Source: Lama guanicoe | Taxonomy: Eukaryota | Reading direction: 5' to 3' | DNA length: 64,000 nucleotides | NCBI GenBank assembly: GCA_013239625.1 | Contig: MU054323.1 | Location: 9,041,220-9,105,219 of the forward strand | Shown: piece by piece, positions 22,240 to 35,599 of the stretch | Numbering within the stretch: position 1 is the first letter of the stretch | How the letters are laid out: each line of letters begins with the position of its first letter | Made by a program: the position numbers and the translations under genes | The notes under the pieces: generated by a model | What the model saw: only the letters and a program-made list of their open reading frames with translations | The model's database searches: none | What the model was told of the DNA's origin: nothing

Positions 22240-22990
22240 TTTAGGTTTATTCCATCGTCCATTTGATGGGCGCTGAGGTCAAGTAGTGCAGCTGCAGACT
22301 GGAAGGCACACGCCAGGCCCCTTCCATCCCGGGAGGGGCTTAGGGGAAGCTGCAGGAACCAGGGAGGGGGAACCACTGTGGAAGGCTCCCCACCTGGAGG
22401 ATTTCCTGGTAAGTGCCCCCAGAAAGACAGAGGCTCTGCGGAGGCCTCTTCCTCACCCTTTCCCAAGAACTACCAAGAGAGAACAGAGGTTGTGTCTGGG
22501 GGCCAAGTGCTTCCCGTTGTGGCTTTACTGAGGGCTCCTGAGGCCTCGAGCAGCCTGAGCCCCGCCTGGGAAAGGCTGCAGAAAGAGACTCGGGATGTCC
22601 GGGAAAGGGCGGTGGGGGAGACCGGCAGGCCCAGTGCTAGGAAGGAGCTGCCCCTTTCTGGGAAGGACTTTGCAGCAAGAGCCCACCCCCTTCACCCCGC
22701 CCTCCCCCGCGCCCGCGCTCCTGCTTCCGGCAGCCCCGGCGTTTCTCTGGCAGGCGCTGGGGGAGGAGACCGCGGCCCGATTCTAATCCGAGGCACGAGG
22801 TGGGGATCGGGAGCTGGAGGGCGCGTCTGGCTTCGCTTGGCCCTAAGCCTGTTTGTTTCTCTAGGACTCCCCGCCGAAGGCCCCAACAATCTTTGCAAGA
22901 GGCCTTCTAGAAACTGTCAACACGATTGATAGGAGCAGAATCTTCAGTCCTGCTCGCCTCCCCGCCAGCTGCCAAGCAAAGTTCTCCTTG
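22240..22990. promoter_or_regulatory. CpG-rich islet / candidate promoter or enhancer
   Basis: CpG-dense core at 22590-22840 with GC boxes (gggcgg 22607; ccccgcc 22695). Confidence 0.55.
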
Positions 22991-25854
22991 AGGTAGCAGT
23001 GGCGCATTCCTTCATTCATTCATTCATTTTTGTGGCTGAAGATCCGGGTTCCTCACCTTTTCATCTCTCTCTTGGGGAAGAGGCTCATGGGGCTTCCAGG
23101 TGGCCGTCCTGTCCCCAGCCGGCTTCTGTGGAGAACATCTGTAATCAGAGCTCCGGAGGGCCTGCCCTCCCTCAGCTTCAGGGCCTTGGGTTCACGCCAG
23201 GCCAGGGCTGAGCCGGCCCCCACTCAGTTTACAATGTGGCGACAGCCATCACCTGGGAAAGGTGGAGCCTTAGGGAGCCAACCAGAGAGGAGTAAGCAGG
23301 GAGAGGAGGAAGCAAAATCACACCTGGCACACAGGTGAGCCCAGAGACCAGCAGAAACGTGGTTACAGGCGGAGTTCACTCTCTGAAGGCCTGCAGTGAT
23401 GCTCTGTTCTGTCCTCACAGGCTGTTGCAAATGGGAAAAGTTCACATAAGAATCCAGACTTCTGATTTTTCTTGACTAATAAAAACATCTGGTGACCCTG
23501 AGCCTGTATTCCACTTGGCAGCCATGGTAAGTCAGGAAACCTTATTGTTGAAGCTCTCTTCCCTAGTTCTGTTTCCTACCTGTTCCCCAAGGGCACCTGT
23601 GATCTCACTCAGGCCTCACCACCACCCTATGAGACTGGGAACGTTAACTCCATTTTATACATGATGGAAGCAAGGGGAGCGATCAGTAGCCTCGCCCAAG
23701 GTCCTGGCCAGGGAGAGACGGCTGGGGTTCTCACCCAGGTAATCTGCTTCCTGGTCCATGCTTTCGGTGCTCCCCTCAACTTTTTCCTGCTCAAAGAGCT
23801 GGTACTCCCAGCAGCAGTTGGATGGACGGCAGATGCAGAGAGCAAATGAAAACCCTCTGGCTGTTCAGGTCTGGGGCCTCCTAGGCCACAGCAGAGTCCT
23901 GAGCTGGGCAAAACAGCTCTCCGCTGAGGTTCTGGAGAGGCGACTCTTTCCCCAAGCATGGGGCAGGAAGTGGCTGGTCAATGGTTCCCCCGCAGCTCAG
24001 GCCAGTGGGAGGACCAGTGCAGCTCGGTGTGGGGCACTGAGAGCAGGAGTGGCTGGTCAGTCTAGGTGGTGTCTCCCTTTCTGGCTTCTCTCCCTTTAGT
24101 GGAAGCAGGCTCCCAGGCAGCACCTTGCTCCACTTGGTCTTTCTGCCACACATAGTGCAAATCCATGGCGCAGCGGGGCCAGAACTGCCTTAATCTGCAA
24201 ACCACAGCGCAGTCTAGACCAGTCAGGCTTCCTTGAGCAGAGTGCTCTTTCTGGTCAGTTGTACATTCTCCTCCCGGAGAGGCTCGCTGACTCTTCCCAG
24301 AAGGGCTTGCCCACTACTCCCTAGCAGTTCCTAGGAATGAATGGAGGAGCAGCACCTGAGAGTCACAGGGTGTCAGAGGAAACAGAGTAACTGCTTTATA
24401 AAAATAGCTCAGCTGTGTATATAGCACTCTACAGTTTATAAAACCCTTTCACATCCATGTGTATTATTTGGTTCTCACAACTTTATGAGCCAGACAGAGC
24501 AGCAGTTGGCAAATATGGATCATCTAGGAAAGTTCTATTCTCAGTCCTGCCACTTACTGTGAGCAAGTGCATATCCTCTTTGTAGCTTTTATTTCTTCAT
24601 TGACTAAAAAAAATATATTTTTTTAATAATGGGTGAACTGTGGGGTTTTTTTGGGCTTATATAAATTTAATTAAAAAGAAGATAATGATCTCTCCCAGCA
24701 AGGTTGCTCTGCTGTATAGAACTCCAGGGAGTGCTATTCACACAGAATACCAGGTGATGGGTCCCCTAGAAATTGTGCAACAGGTAGAGCTCCTTATGTG
24801 CATGTCGTGAGGATTAAATGACATAATTTATGTCCTAGCACAAAACCTGTGAGATAGATGGTGATTAACAAATGTTTGTCAAGTGAGTGAACTGCTCACT
24901 CAGTCATGATGGATTTTGAGGGGAGCTCACAGGAAGAAGGAAGTAGTATTGGCTCCCTGTGCTGGTGTTGCATTTCCTGCCCATATTTCTGTGACTCTCG
25001 CCAAGTTGCCCTTTGTCCTAGGCTGCTGGGCTCCCAGTTGGCTGGAGGCACAGACTTATCAGTGGGGACTGGAGAGCTGGGCCTGGGCTGGGTAATGACC
25101 AGCCTTCCGCTCACTTGAAGTTTCCGTTGGGGGGCTGGAAGCCACAGCATCCAGATGGCTAATTGCTTTGTGCCTGTGTCTGCAAATCACAGTGATTCAC
25201 TGTCCCTGCTGAAAACACGCTCTCTTTTCAAAGATTTAATGGTTTCCAAAATTAATTTAGCCTCATCTGTTATCCCCCTGCCCTTCTGCACTGTCCCCTC
25301 CCCCCAGTGTCCTCCCCCGTCCCGGGATGGAGCTGCTGCTGCAGAAAGCTGGCTTTCACTGTGCAGGGCATAGTGGAGAGGAGCACAGACCCCTTTCCAG
25401 AGTCACCTGAGCACATACTGAGTGTAGAGTTTGGGGAAAGAAGCCCAGGAGGGAAGGGCTGGTGTCAGGGACACATTTATCTCCCACCATTCTACATGCT
25501 TTTGGCCATGAAGCCCAGATCTGACTGACACTCCCAGAAGATCTCCAAGAAGCTCGTGTTTGCACTGTTTTGTTTACAGAATTCCCAGAGATCATCTGTT
25601 TTTTACATGTGAGGGATGTGGTCAGTTTTGTTAGTTTTAGACACCTCATTATGGGCCCATGAGACCCTGGGGCCGAGCCCTGGCTAAGAGGCCAGAATTT
25701 AGGGAGTTTACCTCCATCTGATTCCTGAATTGTTTCTTTACCATCTTTGGGCTTCTGCTCTTCCCCAGTAACATAAAGAGGATATAATCCTTTCCTCTTA
25801 ATGATATAATCCCTTCCTTTAATGATATAATTCCTTAATAATAAAATTGATTTA

Positions 25855-26460
25855 TTTAATAAATATTTATTGAACCTCTCTATATATCAGGCATGTGCCA
25901 GGGATTGCGGGTACAGTGGCAAAAAAAACCCCTCCACAATCCTGGTCCTTCCAGAACTCAGCTCACAGTCTACAGTGGAGAAAGAACAGGCCCGAGGCCA
26001 GCAGGCTGTTGCATGCTCTGCAGGGAACGTCAGGGGGCTGGGGGCACCGAGTCTTGTGGAGTCAGGAAAGGCTCCTCGGGGGAGGTCATGCCTAAGCGGA
26101 GTCCTAAATAATTAGAAGGAGTTATCTTGAAGGAGAAGAAAGAGGAGGAGAAGAGGAAAGAGGAGCAATGTTCTAGGCGGAGGAAACAGATAAGCACAAA
26201 AGCCCAAGGAAGGAGAAGCCCTGGTTCATACTGAGGATCTGCAGACAGTGCAGTATGACTGGCCAGAGGACAGTGACAGTGGGAGTGGCTGGACACAAAA
26301 GTGGGGCCAGAGCAGCAAAGGCCTTTTGGCACCCGATTGAATCACCACGGGGTTTTAAGCATGATCCAATGTGTGTTCTAAAGAAATCACTCAGGTCACA
26401 GTGTGGAAAATTGATTGGATGGGGTAAGACTGGAAGTAGGAAGATCAGATATGCAATGGC
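25855..26460 (-). mobile_element. L2 LINE 3' fragment
   Basis: Starts aataaatatttattgaacctctc..caggc..tgccaggg and includes gggttttaagcatgatccaatgtgtgttctaaagaaatcactcagg. Confidence 0.75.
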
Positions 26461-28542
26461 TGTGTCTAAAAAGTATTCTGAGACCCTGGGTGAGATGTTG
26501 TTAACCATTTTTTATGGAACAAATCAACAAAATATCTTTATAGATTTGTAAAATTCTCTCTAACTCTTTTGGATTCTGCTTTACATACTTCAAGGCTGAG
26601 TTGTTAAAAACATTCAAATTCCAGTTATTATATTTTCTTGGTGAATTTTTCTGTTTATCAGTATGAAAGAGCCCACTTTGACCGTTATAATCCTTTTTAT
26701 CTTAAATTCTGTTTTATTTAGTCCATCACTAAGGGACTAGTTGACTCAGTCATGGTATACGTATACAATGGAGCACTATGATGTTGTGAGAAAGAATGAG
26801 GGACATCTCCCTATGTTCCTTTTGAGTTACACCTAGCATATCTTGTAAAGATGAAAAAGCAGGGTAGATAAAATATGTATAGTATAGTATTGTTTATTTA
26901 GGAAAAAATATTCATCTACATTTGTGTTTGCTTGTATTTTAAAAAGCAGAAGAATAAACTGTAACATTTAAAAAAAGCTCGCTAGGGGAGAGAGAGACCG
27001 CTCAGAGAGGTCATTGATAGAACCTAGACTCCTCTGAGTAAACGATTTACGCACTTGACTTTGGAGCCGTATAAATACTATACATAATCATAAAACAATT
27101 AAAACAGAAAAAAGGCAATTATTTTTTAAAAAAGAAATGACGCTATGTATCAAATTGGTGGCAAAACTCAGAAAATTATTTCAAGAGACTTTAAGACACA
27201 GTGATTTGAGGGTGTGACCATAGAGAAACATACCCTATGAGGTGATAACAAAAACTGTAAAATATTAAAATTCTTTTGGTAATCACATTGTTGGTAATAT
27301 TATTAATATTATTCTGAAACTATTATGTATAGGCAGAATGAAGCAAATAAGAAATTATGTTAACATCATTAGGATCAAATGTTTTCAGTGTAAGAGAAAA
27401 GAAATACAAATATAAATATAAATATAAATATAAAGCAAAATCCTAAATTTGGGTTGAAAATATAAGTATGGACTTACAGTCAGTAAAATAACCTGCTTCC
27501 TGGTGAGGTCCCCTGAGAAGGCCTAGAGACTGTGACCAGCCCAGACTGTGATTTCTAAATACCAGGTCCCACTAAAAGGAACCAGGGCTCCTTAGGGAAA
27601 AGAGCTGATGACAGGATAGGATAATGTACAAGACGAGTGTGGAAAAATTTGTCAAATCAAAGAGAAAGAAACTGTCAAAGACTTACTAGGATCTTGCCAA
27701 AAGGACAGTAGCACCAACTTGAAGAGGCTCTAACTGGCCAGAGACGGGGTCGTCTAGGCATCAATAAGGACAATTACTGTAGTGGATTAAAACACATCAA
27801 AGATATTAAAACTCAAGCTAATACTACCTAAAAAAAAATAGTCACCTCTGGAGGATGCTGTGGAAATAGCTCATCATTCTAAAAACTGGTAAGGGGTTAA
27901 GCATTTAACCTCTTTCCTATATGAACTGTATCTCAGGGTGAGCAAAAGGCTGATGAAGTATTCCAGCTAACAAATGAAAAAGAAATAAGAGATTTAGAAC
28001 AGCATCACTTTGCCAAGCCCTAATAAAATGATGAATTTAGGCAGTGATTGTCTATGGCCAGTAAACTCACAGAGAGAGACATTCATATATAATGTGCCTC
28101 TTGTTGAAAGTATAAAACACAATCTATTATATATTCTGGCCAAAAGCTAAACCTGAATCAGATCAAAACTCTGTATCTAGTTACCAGTTCACAGGAAATA
28201 CAGGGTACAAAGAAAGATGTAAAGAAAAGTACAAAGAGGCAACCAGCAATATCCAGAACATGGGAAATTCTACAAAAAAAAAGGACACAATTTCTTATAC
28301 ATATATGATATAGAAAATTATAGAAAATATAGAAATATAAAACATATTTCTATATTATATATAAAATATAATATAGAATATAGAAGTATAATTTTAAAAT
28401 ATATTTAACACATAATATTTAATATACATAAGGTATATAAACATATATAAGGATAAAAAGGGAGGGACCCATCAAATTAAAAAAGACTTAAAAAACATAT
28501 CAAACAAATGCAACTTGATATGATGAAGCTAATGTTAAAAAT

Positions 28543-28635
28543 TTTTTTAATTGTTTTTTTAATGGAGGTACTGGAGCCCAGGACCTCGTGCATGTTAGGC
28601 ATGAGCTCTACCACTGAGCTATTACCCACCCCCCC
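28543..28635 (-). mobile_element. Camelid tRNA-derived SINE (Vic-1-like)
   Basis: The minus strand reads ggggggtgggtaatagctcagtggtagagctcatgcctaacatgcacgaggtcctgggctccagtacctccatt plus an A-rich tail. A 12-bp TSD, aatgttaaaaat, lies at 28531-28542 and 28636-28647. Confidence 0.85.
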
Positions 28636-30376
28636 AATGTTAAAAATATTAAATGTGATACAATAGCCGAGAAGTAGAAACCATCCAAATGTCCACATAT
28701 GGATGAATGGATATCTCTTTGATCTTTCTGGTCATGATCTAGGAGGCTTCCTCACTACTATTTTCCAAATCACTGAAGCTCCATAATTCAGAATAGAACT
28801 GCAGAATATAAAACTGCTTAGCTACAGTCTAGAATTGGCTTCTCAGTAACATGTATCCCACAACTCATGTTTCAGTCATCCAGCCCTTTTTGTTTCAATG
28901 TAGTTTTTGTTTGATTGTTTGTTTGTTTGTTGGTGTTTGGGACCAGGATCACAGGGAGCTGGCACCTTTGGCTTCTTCTTTTTGCTGTCTATGTGAGTAA
29001 AATATTGTCTAAGTCTAAAGTGGCTTATTGTATTTTTACTGGTTAAATCAGTCAGGCCTTGACGTTGCTTTGTCTTGTATGTATGAGCTTGACAGATGCT
29101 AATCTGTTGATTTCCTCCATGGTAATTGAGGTTTTGGTTTTCTTACATTTCTTGTCCCATGTTCCCATGTAAGTGTAGCATGGTTTAAAAAATTAAATCA
29201 ATAGTCAATGTTTATTTTATTGTGATTCTGTAAATATTGTTTACTGCTGAACAATATTACATAATTACATTCCTTCTGACTGTGTTTCTTTTGCAGTTAA
29301 CAGTTGCCATAGTTTTTCTTTTGCTTAGTTACTTTTTAATAACTATTGCTAATATTCAAAATGTTTTCTATGTATCTGTTAAATATCTAGCAATGTTTTT
29401 ATTTCCCAAATAACCAAATATATCAAATAAGCTGTCACTATCTTCCCTTCCTGCCTTCTGTACCCTTAGTCTTCTTGCTTCAATTTGAATGGGCTGCTCT
29501 CTACACCTGGTGTTCAGGTGTTATTTTAGGACCTCCTTTTATCAGTCTTCTTTGAATTGCTCCTCTGTTTTCTAGAATCTTTTTGTTCCTTGTTCTTGGC
29601 TTAGTCTTCCATTTCACTGAATCATATCCTTCACTATCTTCCTAAGAAACTGTGTGGGAGGTAAACTTTTTGAGTTCTTACGTATTTGAAAATATCTTTA
29701 TTCCACACTTATACTTATGCTTTATTTGGATAAGTATAGAAGTCTATGATAAAACTAAGTTTTATTCTGAACTTTGTGTACCCAACACTACTGTCCTCCA
29801 GCATCCTGTAATGATACTGAGATGTCTGATGCCATAGCTTCTTACTCCTTCACATATGACATGACTTTTCTCTCTAGAAGCTAAGATCTTATTTCTTTTA
29901 TCCAGGGGCTCTGAAATTCAAAATCATTGCATTGGTACTTTCCCTCCATTCTACTGGACCCTTTGTGGGTACTTTCGATTTGGAGATTTATGTCCTTCTC
30001 TTCTGGAAAATTTTCTTACATTGTTATTATTTAAAAAATAATTTTCTATCCTTTGTTTTTTTCTGTTTTCTGAAACTCCTTGAATCATCCTCAAACATTC
30101 TTTTCTCTCCTAATTTTCATCTATCTTTCTGTTCTACTTTCTGGGGTATACCTTCAACTTTATTTTCCTACTCTTTTTTTGAATCTTTTATTTTAGCTCT
30201 CACATTTAAAATTTTTAATTGCTTTTGATCATTCTCTAACTATTCCATTTTCCCACCATATTATTCTTGTTCATGGATAGGCACCTTCTTTTAGCTCTCT
30301 GAGGCTATTAGTTAAATGTATAAATAAAATTTTTTAAAAATGTTTTTCTTCTCCTTCCATCATCTCTGTCTCTGAG

Positions 30377-30416
30377 TTTGTTTGTTTGTTTGTTTGTTTG
30401 TTTATTTATTTATTTA
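30377..30416. repeat. (TTTG)n-(TTTA)n microsatellite
   Basis: tttgtttgtttgtttgtttgtttgtttatttatttattta. Confidence 0.85.
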
Positions 30417-31364
30417 TTGCTTTGGTCTCCCTCTTTCACGTGGGATACTTTCTGCAATTTCCTGGTGATCCTGGGCTACTTAGTCCTATGTAACAGTGAA
30501 CATCAACCTGATTGGCAAATATGTGGGCAGGGATTTGGCTGGGGGGCCTTACTCTCAGGAGATTTTATTGGGAGACCATGAAAAGCCAATACTTGGAGGA
30601 CTTCTCTTGGGAGCTAGTAATTTTTTCCAGTGAATCTTCTACCTAGGGGACATATGCCTGAAAGTTCCTTTCTGGGAGTGGGGTAAGGGAAGGAGACTGG
30701 CAGAGGGCCTTACTCTGAACATGTAGAGTTATACTTAATCACCCTGTTTTCAGCCAGGCAGCTGCCCTCTACTCTTGCTGAAATCCTTGAATTTGGAGAT
30801 GTCGTGGTTCAATTTCTCTAGAGAAAAAACTTCCAGTTTCTAGCATGAACATGGTTGCCTGACTGTGTGGGATAAGGAGGGGATCTAGAGCTGTAATTTC
30901 TCCATAGATCTTTTTCAGCCAGTTCCCTAAAGTTTATCCCATGCTTCAAACTCACTTCTTGCAGAAGCTGCTGCCTCCAGGCCCCCTGCGTCTCTGGGCT
31001 CCATGGGGAGAATCTGCTCGCTCCTCACCATCAGCTCCCTCTCTAGACCCTTCAAGTCTTAGTTTCCTCTACTTTACTAATTCACTTACCAGTCTTTGGC
31101 CACTTTCAGTCATCCAAAAATTATTGAACTCCCTTGTCCACTGATGGCCTCACTTCCATTCTCTGTATTTTCATGAGTCTATACCCTAAAAAGAGTCTGT
31201 GGAGCAAGAAGAGGAAGATAAAGATATACGATGAGTTTATTATCCCTAACTCGAGGTTCATACCTACTTAAAAAAGTGTTTCTGGTTTTATAAATATTAC
31301 GTTCTAGAAATAATCAATATTAACATTCTGGTGTATGATATAATCACCTACTTTTTTAAAAATA

Positions 31365-32535
31365 AACTTTTTATTTTAGAATAGTTTCAGATTTACAGAA
31401 AAATCACAATGATGGTACAGAGTTCTCATATACTCCACACCCAATTCCTTCTATTACTAACATCTTACATTAGTGTGGCACATTTGACACAATTAATGAA
31501 CCAATGCTGATACACCAGTATTAACTAAATCCAATCTTATATTAAGTTTTCCTTAGTTTTTCTCCAATGTTTTTTTTCTGTTGCAGGATCACATCCAGGA
31601 TAATATATTACCTAGTTGTCAAGCCTCCTTAGGCTCCTCTTGACTGTGACAGTTCCTCAGATTTTCCTTGTTTTTGATGACTTTAACAGTTTGGGGGAGT
31701 ACTGGTCAGTTGGGATTTGCCTGATGTTTTTCTCATGATCTGACCTGAGGTATGGATTTTTGAGGGAGGAAGACCATAGGGGTGAAGCACCAGTCTCATC
31801 ACATCCTATCAAGAGTATGTCCTATCAACACTACTTATTACTGTGCATGTGGACCTGATCACCTGGCTAAGGTAGTTATTTGACAGATTTCTGTGCTGTA
31901 AATTTACTCCCCCTCTTTTCATACTGTTCTCTTTGGAAGGAAGTCATTACAGGCAGTCTACAACTTAAGGACTGAGGAGTTCTGCTCCACCTCCTTGAAG
32001 GCAGAGTATCTACACAAGTATTTGGGATTCTTCTGCATGGGAGATATATCTGTTCTTCCTCATTTGTCTAATTAGTCAATCATTTATTCATTTTACTATG
32101 GACTCCTAAATATTCATTTTATACTTTGGGTTATAATACAATAATACTTTATTTTCTTGCTCAAATTGTTACAGTTTTAGCCACTGGGAGCTCTCTCAAT
32201 TGGCTCCTAGGTTCCTTTGTGTTCTTTTCCCCTCCCCCCATCATTGTGGAGCTTCGAGCACTTCCCTACTTTCTGGCACTATAAGATGCTCCTGGATCAT
32301 CCTGTATATTTCCTGCCCCAGTTCTAAAATCAACCATTTCCCCAAGGTGACCTAGTTCTTTTGTTGGAGACTGGTATTAGAAACCAAGATCTGGACACTC
32401 ATTGCTACTGGGATGTCATTGCTTCTAGATCCTGTCTGCTTACATAGCAAGGAAATAGATGTGTGTATAGTAACCGATGTATATACACATATCTGTAAAT
32501 ATTTCCATATGTAACCATCTGTATCTATATTAAGC
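31365..32535 (-). mobile_element. L1MC-type 3'UTR fragment
   Basis: ttttattttagaatagtttcagatttacagaaaa... Clearly homologous to the copy at 59805-60735. Confidence 0.8.
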
Positions 32536-32638
32536 TTTTTTAAGTATAGACAATTTACAGTGTTATGCCAATTTTAGGTGTACAGCATAATGTTTCAGTC
32601 ATATATATACATACATATATTCGTTTTCATATTCTTTT
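32536..32638 (-). mobile_element. Short young L1 3' end
   Basis: aagtatagacaatttacagtgtt...ggtgtacagcataatgtttcagtcatatatatacatac...ttcgttttcatattctttt. Similar to the copies at 47850 and 60965. Confidence 0.75.
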
Positions 32639-35065
32639 GCTCTCCAGGCTTTTGCTTCCTTGTATTTTTCTGGTCTCTCTCCAGCTGAAATGTCCCTCTG
32701 GAGGTTTACTGACAGGAATGCATCATCCCAGGTACTCCCTGAGTAACACACTCCTATTCTGCCAAAATCTATGCCTAAATGGTTAACTGGGTGTAAAAGG
32801 CAGGGCTTGCCTTTGCTGGGAGAGAGGAGTGCGTTCTCTACATTCTTCCTCACTGTAGACAAAGTTCTCAGAAGCCACTTTGGCTGCAGTGAGAGATAGA
32901 AGTATCCCTTAAATGGTGTGTTCTCATATCACCACACTCCACTGCCCGAGAAAACACTGCTATAAATAACACTTGGTCTCCTCATCAGTCCACCACAGCC
33001 TGGTTAGCCCAGACATGATAGAGACTTGGTGGGAAGAGGAAAAAGCAGAAAAAAAAGATAAAGCAGGAAAAGGAGAGGAAGAAGGATGATGGGGAAAGGG
33101 TAGTGATGATAATAATATATATAAATAATGATTTTAATAATTACTTACATTTGCAAAAAACTCTCACATGCATGGTCTCATTTATGAGGTATACCAACTC
33201 CAAAAAGTACGTATTTAGTTCATGTAAACTATCTCAGAAGTTGAATTGGCTTTTCTGGGTTCTAGACTCAGGAATAGGTACATGGCCCAAGGTGGGCCAA
33301 TGAGAGTTGGTCCTGGGACTATTGGTAGACCTACTGGAAAAGGAGCATGTCCTTTTTCCATTGCAATTTTAAAATAAGTGTGGGTGGATGTTCAATATGT
33401 CTAGTTGTTTGTTTATTTATTTATATGCTTATTTATTTATATGCGTAGAGGCTGATCTGAAGGCAGTATTCCAAAAATGTTAACATCAATTAATTTTTGG
33501 TGATAGGATAACTGGTGATATTTATGGTTTTTACACATTTGTGTATTTATATTTTATATAAAGTAGTATATTACATTTATATTAACAGATTTCAGTTTTA
33601 AATGATTGTTTTTAATTTTCTTATAATATCCTTATGTTATAAAATAACATACATACATAGTAATATGTTTATAATATATTATTATCTAAATAATAGATTA
33701 GTGTAATTTTTACAGTAATATAAGACAGAAGTCCTTTAACCCCCTAGTGCCTATTTATTCTTTCCCTTGGTCACTGTCTCAAACCTAGTTATTTCACTAT
33801 GCCTAGCAGGATGTGCATCCTTAATCCCAGGATGATCCAGTTTCCTAGAACAACTTTTTTGAAATAAAGTTTTTAACCTTTTCAAAGTAAAGTACTTAGA
33901 AAAAATTTTTTCAAAATAAAACATTTAGGAACTGAGAGGTTCTGTTGGTTTTGTCCATATCCCATCAGACGTTAGTCCTCATCAAAGAACAGAGTGCGGA
34001 GATGGGTGAGGCTCTGCTCTCTCGGAAGTGCTCTGGGCTGGCTATGGCAGGAGGGCTGGGGTGGATGTGCAAATTCTACTTGACTTTGTAGTCTTTTAGA
34101 AGGAGCTCAGTGGTTTTTTTCTGTAGCCCTGCCAGAGAGAGGAACAGATCACAACCCCCAAGGAAAGAGAAACAGCTCTTTCTGGGATTCTCTTTCTGGG
34201 ATTCCCTCCTCCAGTGTTTATGAGAACTCTCCACAGACTGGGCTGCCCTTCCTGCCAGTCACCTGCTCAATCCGGCTCTCTCTCCCACTGGGGACACAGG
34301 CCCCTCCCTCAACTCCCCAAAGCACACCTAAGGCCAGGCTGCAGCATTAACAAAACTCCCCAACCCTGAAGAGTTGCCACTCATTCCAAAAGAAAACGGC
34401 CTTTTACAGTTACAACGGAGAGCCTGTTGCTTCACATTGTTCTGAATTGCATTGTCTTTTTTCCAGAATAGGTTTAAGTTTTATCCTTGCATAACCCAAA
34501 GTCTTATTAAAATATTTTCCTAAAAACAAAATGGATTATTCCCACAAGAGCAATTTGCTTCCACCTCCACAGGAGATAGAGGAACTGGATAAAAACCTCA
34601 ACCCACGCAGTTTAGAATAGCAGTTTGTCCCTTTTTCTCACCATTGCAGTTTTCAAAATAGTAGGGACCACTTTCTACACATTTTAGTCACTACTTACTT
34701 AGAAACAAAAGCCTGAGTCTGACAGAAGGGCAGGGACTTGGCTGGCAGGGGACTGTGGGAGAGACTCAGGAAGAGGGAGGGAGGTCAGTGGACACAGAAA
34801 CCACCAGTTTTCCCAAGACTGGGACTTTACATCTTGGAGTCAGATGTGGGAGAGAGGAACGGCGGCAGCCAGCAGTCACGGGCAGTTTGCCTAACCGCTG
34901 AGTGTTCTGAGTGTTCGTTATTTCATCGTTAAAGGAGGCACTTGGGATAGACGACCTCTCAGGCCTCTTCCAGCTCCCCAGACTCTCCTCCGCGAGGTCA
35001 GTGAGGCAGGGGGCTGGCTCCCCAGGTGTAGGTCTCTGCAGGCCTCTTCTCAGATTGCATCAGCG

Positions 35066-35100
<35 letters not shown>

Positions 35101-35102
35101 CC
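35066..35102. repeat. (CTGC)n tetranucleotide microsatellite, about 9 units
   Basis: ctgcctgcctgcctgcctgcctgcctgcctgcctgcc. Confidence 0.9.
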
Positions 35103-35599
35103 CGCTCATTCTCCTACCTCCACAGGCGCCCACACCTCCCTCCTCCCCTCCCCTCCCCAAACTTCTTAGCCTGAGATAACACCCTTTTTGTTCTCTTGGT
35201 GACTCCACACCCATGGGGAGAGGGAATGAGGAAACCTTTGGGAAAGTGCCGCCTATCTGATGAAGGTAAGAGGTAAGAGGCTGCCCCTTGCTCCTTCCAG
35301 GTTCCCAAGGGCCCCCGCCCAGTTCAGGAGGCGTTTCTGGGCTTGGCTTCCTGGCAGGCGAGGCTGGCAGGCACTGGGGGGAGCTGAGGAGGGTGGTGGT
35401 GAAGGCCTTTGGCTCATAAATCTTCATCTGGGGATTCATTAGGGATTTTTTTCCAAGGACACCGCCAGGGAGGAGGTGGGTGTCACCCAGCGGCTTCTCA
35501 TCAGACTCACGGTCAGGTCTAGACTGCTCAGCCTGGCATCTAGGATTCTGCAGAATCTTGCCTCGGCCTTCCTTGCCAACCCCCTCTCCTGCTATTCTT

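Larger units (their letters stand above)
26540..31200. mobile_element. Mosaic of old L1 fragments: a plus-strand L1 3' segment (~26730-28710) within minus-strand L1 ORF1/5' remnants
   Basis: L1 3' motifs (catggtatacgtatacaatggagcactatg; gaagtagaaaccatccaaatgtccac) and antisense L1 ORF1-type motifs (ttacgtatttgaaaatatctttattccacac; ctggaaaattttcttacattg). Confidence 0.6.

Noticed and set aside
22378..22929. 183-aa ORF
   Set aside because: GTG start, lies in a GC-rich islet where long ORFs are expected by chance, and has no recognisable domain.
25779..25840. Three degenerate copies of gatataatcc(t)ttcc..ttaat; also short duplications at ~3407-3445 and ~34177-34204
   Set aside because: Ordinary local slippage duplications with no spacers, so not a CRISPR-like array.
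28543..28635. tRNA-like sequence
   Set aside because: A SINE with an A-tail, TSD and deleted B-box/T-arm, not a tRNA gene.
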